Under the pieces are notes generated by a model. It saw nothing but the letters and a program-made list of their open reading frames with translations. It had not been told where the DNA came from and ran no database searches. A stretch of 64,000 nucleotides of DNA from a virus, in IMG/VR virus record IMGVR_UViG_3300044730_001822, positions 1 through 64,000 of that record, one strand, 5' to 3'. Positions 18,540 through 28,475 of this stretch are shown in pieces. Position 1 is the stretch's first letter. Every line of letters begins with the position of its first letter. The translations under genes were made by a program, and so were the position numbers.

Positions 18540-18625
18540 ATGCCAGTATCCATACTGTGGCATAAAAACAACACCATAAATCACTGTATTTTTACTGCGT
18601 TTCTAGTATATTAGCACAGTGGCAT

Positions 18626-19411
18626 TTAATGGTCAACCGCAGGCTGTTGTGTGGTGCGGCGCTCAATGTCTGCTTCTTCGCACTGCTCACCATACTGTAT
18701 TTCGATTATCTTGAGCGGGTTTGACTCGTTGTTGATCAGTTGATGCCATTCGTTGCGAGAGATATGAAGGTATTGGTGCCGATCAAACACTCCGTTGAGC
18801 TCTACATCTGTGGTGGTGCTGTCTATGGTATCAACTGTGGCTGTACCTTCGGCCACCAACCAGAACTCACTGCGTCCTTGATGTCGTTGCATACTGAGTG
18901 CGGCACCAGGATCCACTGTAAGTTCTTTGACTTTGACTCCTGCGGCTTGGTGCAGCACACGATAGTATCCCCAGGGTCTAGTGGTCTTGGGTGCTTTCCA
19001 TTCTTCCAAGATCCAACTACTGGAATTGGCCTTGTTGTTGCCACCTATTTCAAACTGAAAATCAATGCCCGGCACACGCATCTCAGGAATGTTTTCTTGT
19101 GTGCGGTCTCCGCCGTTGCAGAATATGATGGTGTCGTTGGGATGACGACGTTTGATCTCTTCCAGAGCGGCACAGCAGCTGCCATCTGAGTCATCAAAGT
19201 ATGCCAGCACCTGATCCACGCATCGCAAGGCACGCACCAAGGCCACACGCTCGGGTAAAGGCATGAATGCTCGACCTTTTTTGCGCTGTAACCACTCATC
19301 TGAGTTCACAGCAACATACAATCGATCAGCCAGCATACGGGCTGCTTCAAAACTGGCCAGGTGACCCGAGTGTAGCGGGTCGTATCCTCCGGAACATACT
19401 GCGATTTTCAT
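18626..19411 (-). CDS. Cytidylyltransferase-family domain fused to a mannose-6-P isomerase-type cupin
   Basis: SGGYDPLHSGH (HxGH), VNSD..L.RKKG and NGGDR, then RPWG.Y...LSMQRH..RSEFW.V...WHQL.N...IEIQYG. Start placed at MKIAV (ATGA overlap). Confidence 0.85.
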   Translation of the reverse strand: MKIAVCSGGYDPLHSGHLASFEAARMLADRLYVAVNSDEWLQRKKGRAFMPLPERVALVRALRCVDQVLAYFDDSDGSCCAALEEIKRRHPNDTIIFCNGGDRTQENIPEMRVPGIDFQFEIGGNNKANSSSWILEEWKAPKTTRPWGYYRVLHQAAGVKVKELTVDPGAALSMQRHQGRSEFWLVAEGTATVDTIDSTTTDVELNGVFDRHQYLHISRNEWHQLINNESNPLKIIEIQYGEQCEEADIERRTTQQPAVDH

Positions 19412-19863
19412 AGCGTCACATCCTCCATACCGGCTGTTCTTAGTCTGGTGATGTGTCCCAGCATCCAACTCTTGCTGTCAAGTCCTTTCATGATTCCCAA
19501 CCAACGATTGCGCAACAGTGCTACTTCGTTGATGATAGTTTCATAATCGATCACTTCATCTTCACCATCTACATACTTTTCGGCGTCTCTACTACTTAAT
19601 GCGCGAGCATAGCCCTCGAGATATTTTTGAAAATGGCGTCTGCGTATCTTACGCAGTTGGATATTGAGATAGTTTAATACTGCTTCTACTTCCTGCAGTT
19701 GATTGAATCTATGCTCGGTGATACCTGGTAGATCTTTCACATTACGCTCTACCAGGCCACCGATGCCAACTTCACGCTTGGCTTCCAAGAGTTCAGATTC
19801 GTAGTGTGCAATAAAATCGGGTATGGACCCTATGTCTGCTACTACTCTGCTGTACCAACTCAT
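19408..19863 (-). CDS. uvsY: Recombination mediator UvsY-like
   Basis: Helical 151-aa protein with a YVDGE...GLDSK.W pattern, next to UvsX. Confidence 0.75.
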   Translation of the reverse strand: MSWYSRVVADIGSIPDFIAHYESELLEAKREVGIGGLVERNVKDLPGITEHRFNQLQEVEAVLNYLNIQLRKIRRRHFQKYLEGYARALSSRDAEKYVDGEDEVIDYETIINEVALLRNRWLGIMKGLDSKSWMLGHITRLRTAGMEDVTL

Positions 19864-20109
19864 TTACCAGCGCTCGTCTTCTTCCTCATACTCTTCCTCT
19901 TCTTCCTCTTCTTCAAGGTGCTCTTCAGCATACTGCTTGACAGCACGTTTGATATCGGAGTCTCCGCGGAAAGCATCACGGATGTCGTCAATCTCATAGT
20001 TGTTTTCAAACAGTGTTGCTACCACTGCTTCGGCAGCATCACGGCGATCCACGGGATTGATACTGGGTTTGACATTGTCCCAGATTTCGGCTATGATATC
20101 TAAGCTCAT
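19864..20109 (-). CDS. Small acidic hypothetical protein
   Basis: 81 aa with a poly-Glu tail; translationally coupled within the operon. Confidence 0.7.
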   Translation of the reverse strand: MSLDIIAEIWDNVKPSINPVDRRDAAEAVVATLFENNYEIDDIRDAFRGDSDIKRAVKQYAEEHLEEEEEEEEYEEEDERW

Positions 20110-21254
20110 TCTGTTTCAGGTTCCTTTTTCTTGCGTTTGATCAACGGCTCAGGATCCACAGACACAGTATCTTGGATCGGTTGTGACACTGGTTCAATGA
20201 CTGGCGTTTCTTGTACCGTTGACTTCTTACTTATAGACAAGGCAGAAAAATCCTTCATAACTTGATCCAAGCAACCTGCTTCGTTTGATTCCCAGGCTCT
20301 GCGGAACTGTTTGATAATTTCGCCATCTGTGGTAGTATATGCCAGCCTGTTGCCGTCCTTGACCAGCATCTGTTGTTTTTCAAACAAGTCTACTAGACCC
20401 GAATAAGGATTCATACCTGTTTCATAAGGAATCTTGACCTGTACTGATTCGAAGGGCTTGGCATAGCGTGTTTTCATCACCTTGCAGGCAGCACGGATAC
20501 CCAACACTTCTGAAACTTTGTTGCCATCCTCGTCCTCTTTGAGTTTGAGTTTTTTCATGGCTACCACGATACTTGACGCATAGATAAAGCCTTGACCACC
20601 TGAGATCTTGTCATCGGGGTCAAACATATCTTGGCTGGCATATGTATGGTTGGTGGCTACCAAGCCCACGTTGTGACTTCCAAACATATTCACGCAGTTA
20701 CGCACCAGGGCTGTGAGTGCTTTGGGTTTGCGACCCAAGTCACCTTTTAAGTCACCGGCTTCAAACTGGTTCACGTCTGTGGGCGTGAGCAACATACCCA
20801 ACGAGTCTATCACAAACAAAACTTTGGGCTTGTCATCGCCGGGCAAGGTCTTGTAGTCTGCCATGAAACTGGTAATGGTCTTGGCCACGTCATCGATCAT
20901 GGCCATGTTTAATTTCAGTAACTTAGATTCATCTGTGTCCACTCCCAGGGCCTTGAGCCAGTCCTCATCAAGGGCATTTTCTGTGTCTACCAACACCACA
21001 AAAATACCCTGTTGCTGTGCGTGGCGCACCAAGTTGCCTGAGCAGATATAACTCTTGCCTGCGCCTGACTCGCCAGCAAACACAGTGACCTTGCCCAAGG
21101 GTATGCCTTTGTGGAAATCGCCAGATACCAAGTAGTTCAGCGCAAAGTTTCCTGTACTGATCCAGTCTGTGGGATCATTGAAACCAATGCTGAGCCCTTC
21201 AATGCTTTTGGTAATGTCCTTGCGGAACTTGCTGATGTCAAAGGGCTTGCCCAT
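20106..21254 (-). CDS. uvsX: RecA-like recombinase UvsX
   Basis: ISTGN.ALN, AGESGAGKS, VIDSLG, NHTY, SGGQG..YASS. Confidence 0.93.
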   Translation of the reverse strand: MGKPFDISKFRKDITKSIEGLSIGFNDPTDWISTGNFALNYLVSGDFHKGIPLGKVTVFAGESGAGKSYICSGNLVRHAQQQGIFVVLVDTENALDEDWLKALGVDTDESKLLKLNMAMIDDVAKTITSFMADYKTLPGDDKPKVLFVIDSLGMLLTPTDVNQFEAGDLKGDLGRKPKALTALVRNCVNMFGSHNVGLVATNHTYASQDMFDPDDKISGGQGFIYASSIVVAMKKLKLKEDEDGNKVSEVLGIRAACKVMKTRYAKPFESVQVKIPYETGMNPYSGLVDLFEKQQMLVKDGNRLAYTTTDGEIIKQFRRAWESNEAGCLDQVMKDFSALSISKKSTVQETPVIEPVSQPIQDTVSVDPEPLIKRKKKEPETE

Positions 21255-21463
21255 TATTCGTCCCTCGTGATTTCTGTGGCTTCGTTGATCAGCGAGACCA
21301 ACTGTTCTTGGGTGTTACAAAGTATTTTTACACTGCGCCAATCTTCTTCAGAGTTGCGTCCGGAGATTTCAAACATAAAGCCGTTGTCATACATCTGTAC
21401 AGTAAAACTGTCAGATACTTTTGCCAATTTGTCAGAGATTTTAGATATAGATTTTTTTGCCAT
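21254..21463 (-). CDS. Small hypothetical protein
   Basis: Start MAKKS with an AAGGA SD; TAATG coupling to uvsX. Confidence 0.7.
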   Translation of the reverse strand: MAKKSISKISDKLAKVSDSFTVQMYDNGFMFEISGRNSEEDWRSVKILCNTQEQLVSLINEATEITRDE

Positions 21464-21542
21464 TTTGTTGATCCTTGTTGGTAAAGGTGCAGGGGTACAG
21501 TACAAGTATACTGTGACCCCTGCTATCAGTCAAGAGTCGTGA

Positions 21543-22532
21543 TTACTGCTTTTGCTGACGTGCGCGGATCATAGCCAGGATGTCCTGGGCATTTGAACCA
21601 GATGCCTGCGCGGGTTTGGCCACTGGCGCCGAAGCAGCGTCTTCATCCTCGTCAAAAGATGATGCTGCCTTGGCCGGGGCCGGGGTAGAAGTGGCGCTTG
21701 CTTCTTCTGGGGCAGATGGCGCCGGGGAACCAGCCGGAGCCGCCATACCACCAGGGCGGAAGTAAGCACCCCAACGGTCGGGATCATAAGGTTTGCCATC
21801 AACGCTGGCCTCAAACATATCCTTCATTACCTTCAACTCTACATCGGTTGGCTTCTTCGGTAAGAAACTGGAGAGGTCAAACAAACCGAATTTCTCAATC
21901 GCTTCAAGTTCGGCCTGCGTCAGTGACGTTTCCTTACGTGCCCATTTACTGGTGCTGTAATCTGCATAACCACCTTTTGAGGTCTTGGAAACACGGAAAT
22001 CCAAGCCACGCTCATAGTCGGTTGGCAGTTCTTCAATCTCGGGATCCATCAAGCTCGCTTTGATGATGGTAAAGATCTGCGGGCTGATGATGAAACGCCG
22101 GATGGGGTTTTCTGGAAGTTTGTCTTCTGCAAGTTCTGACTCGCGTACAAAGCCTTGGAAGATGTAACTACGTTTCTTCCAGTACTTACGACCCATTTCT
22201 TCCAGGCTAGGGTCTTTGAACCATCCACGTACTTCTGCGAGGATTGGGCACGAGTCGCCCCACATCTCCACGCAAGGTACTTGGACCACTGTGGGTTTAG
22301 AATCCATTTCTCCTTTGACGCCAGCGAAAGGCAATTTGATCATTGCTCGTTCGATCCAGAAGAATGTGTTCTTGGAGTTTGCGTCTGGGAGGAATCTGAG
22401 GACTGCGGATTTGCCTTCCTCTAAGTTCCAGTGTGCGAAAATTGAATTATCACCGCCACCGGATTGAGAACCTTGTGTACGATTCTCTTGCGCCTGCAGT
22501 TTGGCGCGAATTTCTGCCATTGATGTTGCCAT
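21543..22532 (-). CDS. gp32: Single-stranded DNA-binding protein (T4 gp32-like)
   Basis: LRFLPD, CPI, YWKKRSY, DF...K...GGYADYSTS and an acidic/flexible C-terminal tail; start MATSM after an AAAGGA SD. Confidence 0.88.
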   Translation of the reverse strand: MATSMAEIRAKLQAQENRTQGSQSGGGDNSIFAHWNLEEGKSAVLRFLPDANSKNTFFWIERAMIKLPFAGVKGEMDSKPTVVQVPCVEMWGDSCPILAEVRGWFKDPSLEEMGRKYWKKRSYIFQGFVRESELAEDKLPENPIRRFIISPQIFTIIKASLMDPEIEELPTDYERGLDFRVSKTSKGGYADYSTSKWARKETSLTQAELEAIEKFGLFDLSSFLPKKPTDVELKVMKDMFEASVDGKPYDPDRWGAYFRPGGMAAPAGSPAPSAPEEASATSTPAPAKAASSFDEDEDAASAPVAKPAQASGSNAQDILAMIRARQQKQ

Positions 22533-22598
22533 TGTAGGTTTGTCCTTTCGTTGCCTAAGTTGGTCTATGTTTATGCCTAGATACACAAGCATTCTGCA

Positions 22599-22627
22599 AG
22601 TGTAACAATATTATTTAGTCAGGTCAA
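22599..22627 (-). promoter_or_regulatory. Composite early and late promoter of gp32
   Basis: TTGACC-N17-TACACT with CTAAATA nested in the spacer. Confidence 0.7.
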
Positions 22628-22664
22628 TGACAAAGTGTATTTTTTTGGTAGTTTTTTTGCCAGA

Positions 22665-22994
22665 TTAGGCAGAAGCGACTTTGCGTCGTTTGACAGGAGA
22701 TTTTTGATGCTCTAGCACAGCTAGTTTGACTTCTTGCTCGTGTACTTCTTCGTGTACTGTGGATAGTTCTCTTTTGATTTCGGAAACGTCTTGTTCGATG
22801 TTGATGACTTTTTCGTGTAGGATGCCTAGGATTTGATTCTGTGCTTCGTGTTCTTTGGTCACGTAATCCATATTGGCATTGACCTGATTGAACCAGTGCT
22901 TGAGCTGCCACCAGATTCCACCAAGAGAAAAGAAAAATATCAACAACCACCAGTCGCGGATAATGGTGTTCGCGAGAGTTACAAAATCTGTCAT
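22665..22994 (-). CDS. Single-TM coiled-coil membrane protein (holin-like?)
   Basis: Hydrophobic WWLLIFFFSLGGIWW followed by a coiled coil and a basic tail. Confidence 0.55.
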   Translation of the reverse strand: MTDFVTLANTIIRDWWLLIFFFSLGGIWWQLKHWFNQVNANMDYVTKEHEAQNQILGILHEKVINIEQDVSEIKRELSTVHEEVHEQEVKLAVLEHQKSPVKRRKVASA

Positions 22995-23075
22995 AACGGT
23001 TCACTTTCGATGCAGCACAATTATGACTCGATCATGCCAGCATGGGTTCGATTTTATTTATGTCAGGATAGAATT

Positions 23076-24467
23076 TTAAGGCTTGAAGCCAACAGAATTT
23101 GGCGGAACTTGGCGTTGTGTCGCGCCTGAAAGTTCTCGTTGTACTGCTGCAGGATCCGGTTGTGCGTCGGGCTCGCGAACCACGCTCTTGATCTTGGGTG
23201 CGCCACCTCTAGTGTCAATCTGTTGTGTGCGAGATATCTTTTGGGCTACTCGTGCTACCGATTCATGATCAGCACCTTGATTCTGCATCCACTTTAATAT
23301 AATGGGTCTGGCATCTGCTTCGGGATCAGATTCGGCAGCATCGCTCAACATATCAAACAGCACATCATCGCCCAGCAAGTCATACAGCTTGCCTGTGGCA
23401 TTTTGTGCATTGGCGCCCAGTTTCAAGGGCTGGCTCATGATTTGAATCAGTTGATCTTCGGCATCTTGGTCTTTGGGCAAGGACCAAGTACCTTCCAGCA
23501 AACTATCAGCCCAGGCTTCAAACTGGTCAGCTTCGGCCATGGTGCCCAGTATTGGTGCTACTTCTGCTACCATTTCTTGATTGGGTGCTTGGCAAAACAG
23601 TTCTTTGATGGCCTGTACCGTGCTCTCAGTCACAGCAACATCAGAGGATGAATCAAAATTACTCACGTGAGTTTGATAGCCTCGACGACCTGCCAGGCTC
23701 TTTAGACGTTTTCTCTGTTCTTGATAATGACGGCGTGCGGCTTCTACCAGTTCAATCTGTGGCGTGTTGGCCCAGTTGCCTGCAGATACTCTGCGCAGGA
23801 AATTGCCCATGACCGCACACTCTTTCACCATCTTGGTGATATTCTGTCCCACTGGATCCCAAGGATTGCCACCTTCGGCACAGTGGCGTGCCATGGCGCG
23901 ACCTCCTACCAAACTGGTAAAGGGCAGTTTGAATCTCTGTTCATCTGCAGTTTCTATAAAAAGTTCTTGTATGTGTCGAAATCTAGCATCACCTTCGTTG
24001 ATGTCACGGTTGTGACGTATTCTCAGTTTGGTCTTCTGTGGACCAGTGGTGCGGCTGATGTGTTTGCTGCCCCAATAGCGTCCTTCTGCCAGGTTGGCAG
24101 ACTCTGCACGTTTCAAACGATACGGCAGTTGGCTGGCATCTGATATTTTAAAGTCTGGGCTTTTGCGTCTTGCAAAGTTGCGTAATTCTTGCATGAAAGC
24201 AAACCAAGCATCTCTAGCGCCCGAATCGTTGTCCATGTGTTTGCCAATGGCATCTGTGACCAGCAATTCTATGCTGAGATCTGGACTTAAGATTATGACC
24301 ACGGAGCCATAGTTGGTGCCGTTGTGCTCAAAGTCAAAACTGAATATATCGCTGTCTTGTATGGCCGCGTCTTGATTTCCAGTGTTGTTGAGGCTTTTGA
24401 CATCAAAACCTTTGGCTGTGAGCAGGTTGTACAATTGTTGGGCTATGTTGTCTTTGGTTTGGGGCAT
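23076..24467 (-). CDS. Hypothetical late/virion protein
   Basis: 463 aa; TAAATA 4 nt upstream of the ATG; several [LM]-x-E sites. Confidence 0.7.
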   Translation of the reverse strand: MPQTKDNIAQQLYNLLTAKGFDVKSLNNTGNQDAAIQDSDIFSFDFEHNGTNYGSVVIILSPDLSIELLVTDAIGKHMDNDSGARDAWFAFMQELRNFARRKSPDFKISDASQLPYRLKRAESANLAEGRYWGSKHISRTTGPQKTKLRIRHNRDINEGDARFRHIQELFIETADEQRFKLPFTSLVGGRAMARHCAEGGNPWDPVGQNITKMVKECAVMGNFLRRVSAGNWANTPQIELVEAARRHYQEQRKRLKSLAGRRGYQTHVSNFDSSSDVAVTESTVQAIKELFCQAPNQEMVAEVAPILGTMAEADQFEAWADSLLEGTWSLPKDQDAEDQLIQIMSQPLKLGANAQNATGKLYDLLGDDVLFDMLSDAAESDPEADARPIILKWMQNQGADHESVARVAQKISRTQQIDTRGGAPKIKSVVREPDAQPDPAAVQRELSGATQRQVPPNSVGFKP

Positions 24468-24483
24468 ATTGTATTTATTAAAA

Positions 24484-26028
24484 TCACATGATGGCTATAA
24501 AGGGCATGGGCTGTATTATTTCGTCGTGATCGCGCCAGTGCTGGCTTATTTCTGCGTCAAAACTCTGTATTACGTCCATGGCTCTTACACACAGTATGGT
24601 TGACATGACCAAATCGTCGGTATCGCCGGGTTTGGCCTTGTAACTGTTGCCCGAAGCCACAAACACTTTCAGTTCCGATATAAGAGGGCGGCTGTGTAGT
24701 TTCATACGCCGAGATTCCAGCAAGTGTTTGAGTTTGGCGCAGGCTGTGATTTTGGTGCTGTGCGTGGTATTGAATCCGCGGCGTTTTTTCCCAGGTTCGT
24801 GCATGAAACTGCCGGGTATGTTCTCTTCGCCAAAATCTCTAAGACTGATCAAGGCCGCCTCACCAATGGTGTTGTTTTCCACTGTGTAGTAAATGTTCTG
24901 CGGTTCCTTGGTGATGCCTTCGATGTATCTGCAGATTTCTGCTATGATCTTGACCTGATCGGGTATGACTGTTTTGTTATGGCGCCATTCTGCCACCTGG
25001 CTGGTGGTGTTGGCTTCAAACACCTGTATGGCAGCAGCATCACCACCGGTGCCCAGGCTGGGATCCAGTCCTATCACATATGTTTTGCCTTTTACAGGCT
25101 GTTGATACCAGCGAACCTGTCCGTGTTTGAACACAGGCTCTTGACCCTCCAGTTCAAACAGTGTGTTGGCATTGATCAGTGTTTCGTCGGCAATGACAAA
25201 TTCACACAAGATCTCTCTGCGGAATCGATCTTCGCCCAGTTGGCTGCGCATCTGTTCTTCGTACTCATCACCGCGCTCAGGATGCTCACGCCAATTTGCT
25301 TGATATGCCTTGAATCCGTTGACGCCAAGATCAGTCTGGTTGCCAAACTCGTCGACTGTTTTGTTAGCGCCCTTCCACAGCAGAGCAAACTGATCCTCAT
25401 CAGAGTTAGGGGTTGATGTTATAATGGCTTTACCACCTGTGCTCAGCGTGGGGGATATGGATGTCCAAAATTCCTGCGCGATACTGGGTCTCACGAATGC
25501 AAACTCGTCTGCGTACAGCAAGGAGATTGACATACCTCGGCCTGTGTTTTCTGTTGTGGTCTGTGCTACTATCCTACTGCCGTTGTCAAAATCTATGCTG
25601 CCTTTGTTGTAACTGGTAGCACCGGCACGGATATGATTGGGGCAGGCTTCGTAGGCAAAACGTATGCGCTGCATGATCTCCTGTGCGCCTAGATACTTGT
25701 GTGCTGCTATCAATATAGTTGAGTCTGGCACAAACATGGCATACCATAATAGATAACCTGCGGCCGAAGTGGATTTACCAGTCTGGCGAGGCATGAGGCT
25801 GATACTGAATCTATAGTTGTGATAGTTGTGGATCAGGCGTTGTTGATATTCCCAGGGATGATACTGTATCTTGCCTTTTACCGGATGCTGTATGTAAAAA
25901 AAGTTATCCATAAAGTAAAGATAACCATCCACAGGATCCATACAAGTGGCCAGTTCCGCCTGTTGATCCAATGACCAATGGCTGCGAACGTAAGGGCTCT
26001 TGATTATCTCTACTGTGTTTTTACTCAT
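24484..26028 (-). CDS. gp17: Terminase large subunit
   Basis: PRQTGKS Walker A, LLYADEFAF Walker B, ITSTPN, nuclease GLDPSLG...DDLVM; start MSKN 5 nt after TAAATA. Confidence 0.95.
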   Translation of the reverse strand: MSKNTVEIIKSPYVRSHWSLDQQAELATCMDPVDGYLYFMDNFFYIQHPVKGKIQYHPWEYQQRLIHNYHNYRFSISLMPRQTGKSTSAAGYLLWYAMFVPDSTILIAAHKYLGAQEIMQRIRFAYEACPNHIRAGATSYNKGSIDFDNGSRIVAQTTTENTGRGMSISLLYADEFAFVRPSIAQEFWTSISPTLSTGGKAIITSTPNSDEDQFALLWKGANKTVDEFGNQTDLGVNGFKAYQANWREHPERGDEYEEQMRSQLGEDRFRREILCEFVIADETLINANTLFELEGQEPVFKHGQVRWYQQPVKGKTYVIGLDPSLGTGGDAAAIQVFEANTTSQVAEWRHNKTVIPDQVKIIAEICRYIEGITKEPQNIYYTVENNTIGEAALISLRDFGEENIPGSFMHEPGKKRRGFNTTHSTKITACAKLKHLLESRRMKLHSRPLISELKVFVASGNSYKAKPGDTDDLVMSTILCVRAMDVIQSFDAEISQHWRDHDEIIQPMPFIAIM

Positions 26029-26053
26029 GTAGGTATTTACTACCAAAGATCTA

Positions 26054-26590
26054 TCACTGCAAATAGATCTTTGACAGTTGTTCAATGGTGCTGTCGGTGG
26101 TGGCGTCGTCGTGCTTGATACCTATGCCGCCTTTGGCCTGCCATTTGGCTATTTTTTCACCGTGGTCATCTACCAACACATTGGGTCTGCCGCCCTTCAT
26201 GGCATACCGGTGTTTGTCTGAAGTGAATATTGCGTCTTGGCTGACACCTGGCGTGTGTTGATCTAACCAGCGGCGCTTGCCTGCTGTGCTGGCTTCGTGT
26301 CTCATGCGCAATGGTGCCGACAAGATTGTGTAAGGTATTTTGTGTTGATGTAACCATGACAAGAGTTTTGCACCACCGCGTAGCATGGGCAAGGTGGCAA
26401 AAAATTCTTCTACGAACTCGTCGCCTTTGTCAACCAGTTTCATGATGTTGGCTGTTTGTGCGGCCACATCGCCCATGTCTCGATAATTTTTGAATCCAAA
26501 CATCTTGGCCCACTGCAGGAAAAAGTCGGCCTGCACGCCGTCCATGTCAAGATACAGATGTGGTTTAGGCTGTAATTCGCTAGCTCTCAT
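26054..26590 (-). CDS. HAD-family 5'(3')-deoxyribonucleotidase-like phosphatase
   Basis: YLDMDGVQADF, ILSAP, K..W, LVDD...W...GG.GI.H. Confidence 0.85.
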   Translation of the reverse strand: MRASELQPKPHLYLDMDGVQADFFLQWAKMFGFKNYRDMGDVAAQTANIMKLVDKGDEFVEEFFATLPMLRGGAKLLSWLHQHKIPYTILSAPLRMRHEASTAGKRRWLDQHTPGVSQDAIFTSDKHRYAMKGGRPNVLVDDHGEKIAKWQAKGGIGIKHDDATTDSTIEQLSKIYLQ

Positions 26591-26775
26591 TTGACTTCCT
26601 GTACATTGCCCACCAAGGCAGTATGACCAAACTGGTCACGAACCAAGCGTCGGGCAAGATTGGCATTGGGCGCAGTGATGGTGGTGTCTATCATCTGTGT
26701 ATGTCCCACTTGTTTGATTTTAACACGCACCCGAAACAGTTTCATGTTTTTTGGCAAGAACTCACTGGCTTTCAT
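26587..26775 (-). CDS. Small hypothetical protein with an MKASEF N-terminus
   Basis: Internal ATG giving MKASEFLPK; ATGA overlap with the downstream gene. Confidence 0.65.
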   Translation of the reverse strand: MKASEFLPKNMKLFRVRVKIKQVGHTQMIDTTITAPNANLARRLVRDQFGHTALVGNVQEVK

Positions 26776-27031
26776 CGTAGTGCCTTTCGCCGGTGAGTGT
26801 GGGTTTGGCAAACCAAAGTTTGAACCACTCTTTGGTACCAGGCTTGATGTTGCGCTCGCGTTCAACGCGTCTTAGGTCTGCTGCTAAATCTGGTTTGACT
26901 GCCGAACAATCATTTCTGGGCGCTGGTTGATCCAGACCCGCTAGACGCTTGATGTCGGCCAGACTGGTATCAACCGGGGTAAGTTCTACTTTTTTTTGAA
27001 GTTTAGCAGCAGTGTAAGGATCAAACATCAT
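26762..27031 (-). CDS. Hypothetical head-associated protein
   Basis: Contains DIKRLAGL, like the gp22 C-terminus, and IKPGTKEWFKLWF; TAAATA directly upstream. Confidence 0.65.
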   Translation of the reverse strand: MMFDPYTAAKLQKKVELTPVDTSLADIKRLAGLDQPAPRNDCSAVKPDLAADLRRVERERNIKPGTKEWFKLWFAKPTLTGERHYDESQ

Positions 27032-27049
27032 CCAGTATTTAGCACTGGA

Positions 27050-27697
27050 TTATTTGATATCCATTGGCCTTCTTTTGCGGAGGACAAAAGCATACTGGCT
27101 GTCTGTAAAATTTTCATCTGTATCTTTGACTTTATATTCTACAGTTAAAATTTGATTTTTTTCTAGATCAAATCCTGCTTTGAAAAACAGGGCGGCCCAC
27201 ATCTCGATGGTCAAGACGCTGTAAACACCTTTGCCCATTTCGTGTTTAGCCGGTTGTTGCGGGCAGGGTACTTCTATGTACAAAGGTGCTTTTAATTTCA
27301 AAATACGATTGTATTCCATTAGTGTAAAGAAAGGAAATACGCTGTGCTGTAAACACTGTCGAGCAAAGATAAAATCCACCGATTCGTCTTTGTTAGGCAA
27401 GAAACTGATATCTCGACGATCAAAATTTAACTGTCTTTCTTGTAGGCTACGCACAGTATTAAGATTGTAATCAAGGCTACAAATGTTTGTATAACCTTGC
27501 TTTTTCATTTCAATTTGGAAATAACCATATCCTGAACCCACATCCTTGATATCAGCATCTTTGGCAAGATTCAAGGGATTGACGAAGTTTTCAATCACTT
27601 GTGCAGTGAGTCTTTCGTCGCGATCGTTGGCTCGATGCTCTTCTAACTGCGTATAAATGAATTCGTTGTAAAATTTAAGTTTGATGGGTTCTAGCAT
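27050..27697 (-). CDS. Class I SAM-dependent methyltransferase
   Basis: DVGSGYG motif I, SVDFIFARQCLQHS..P...L.E..RILK....YIEVP. Confidence 0.85.
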   Translation of the reverse strand: MLEPIKLKFYNEFIYTQLEEHRANDRDERLTAQVIENFVNPLNLAKDADIKDVGSGYGYFQIEMKKQGYTNICSLDYNLNTVRSLQERQLNFDRRDISFLPNKDESVDFIFARQCLQHSVFPFFTLMEYNRILKLKAPLYIEVPCPQQPAKHEMGKGVYSVLTIEMWAALFFKAGFDLEKNQILTVEYKVKDTDENFTDSQYAFVLRKRRPMDIK

Positions 27698-27751
27698 AGT
27701 GTTATTAGTTATGCGCTAGATTTAGGTTATTTAGATTTTTTGGAGGATTTG

Positions 27752-28462
27752 CTAAGTGGCTACTTGACCTAACCAAGTACTGTAAACATGATCAGCTGTG
27801 GCCTGATGTTTTTCTATGTATAAATCTAGTCCTTGTACAATGTCTTGGCCGCTTTGCACTGATGTGTACCTTTCGCGGGCTTCGGCCCAATTGGGATCCT
27901 CATCCAGTGCCCAGGCCTGTGCTTTTGTCTCATCCATTTCAATATGGAACTGCATGGCCAGGTGTGGCCCAAAGCACCAGGCCTGATTGGGACAAGATGC
28001 ACTAGTGGCCAAACGTGTGGCACCTGTGGGCACTGCAAATGCTTCATAATGCCATTGCATGATCATGGCAGTGGGATTGGGTCCAAACCAATGATCAACC
28101 AGTGGATCAGACTCATATTCAATGGGCTGCCATCCTATCTCTGGTTGTGGACTGGCGGTAATTTCTGCGCCCAGTGCGCGACTCATCAGCTGTCCTCCCA
28201 GGCAGTGACCTATCACCGGACGATCTTTAAACACTGCCTGCAATACCAATATTTCTGCTTGACGATTTGACAACAAGGGATCATTGGCGCTCATGCCGCC
28301 GCCCATGATGGCCATGGCCGAATAAGGTTCTATGCTGGCCGGAAAGGCCTGATCGGATCCAGCATTGTAGTTTTCATAGGGAATATTGTGCTGTTTCAAC
28401 CAAGTCACAAGATATGCTGGCCACTCGGGAGTTTGATGTTGGAGTATTAGTACAGGTTTCAT
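27752..28462 (-). CDS. Type 1 glutamine amidotransferase-like protein
   Basis: MGGGMS, GHCLGGQL (nucleophile Cys), QWHYE, QFHIE (His-Glu). Confidence 0.9.
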   Translation of the reverse strand: MKPVLILQHQTPEWPAYLVTWLKQHNIPYENYNAGSDQAFPASIEPYSAMAIMGGGMSANDPLLSNRQAEILVLQAVFKDRPVIGHCLGGQLMSRALGAEITASPQPEIGWQPIEYESDPLVDHWFGPNPTAMIMQWHYEAFAVPTGATRLATSASCPNQAWCFGPHLAMQFHIEMDETKAQAWALDEDPNWAEARERYTSVQSGQDIVQGLDLYIEKHQATADHVYSTWLGQVAT

Positions 28463-28475
28463 AGACAATGATAGA

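Noticed and set aside
18556-18636. Second upstream promoter (TTGACC) and imperfect palindrome TGTTGT-N6-GCCACA as an operator
   Set aside because: The -10 match is weak and the palindrome occurs only once in the window, so support is insufficient.
23000-23070. GGGTTCGATT as a tRNA T-loop
   Set aside because: No closing T-stem, acceptor stem or anticodon arm can be formed.
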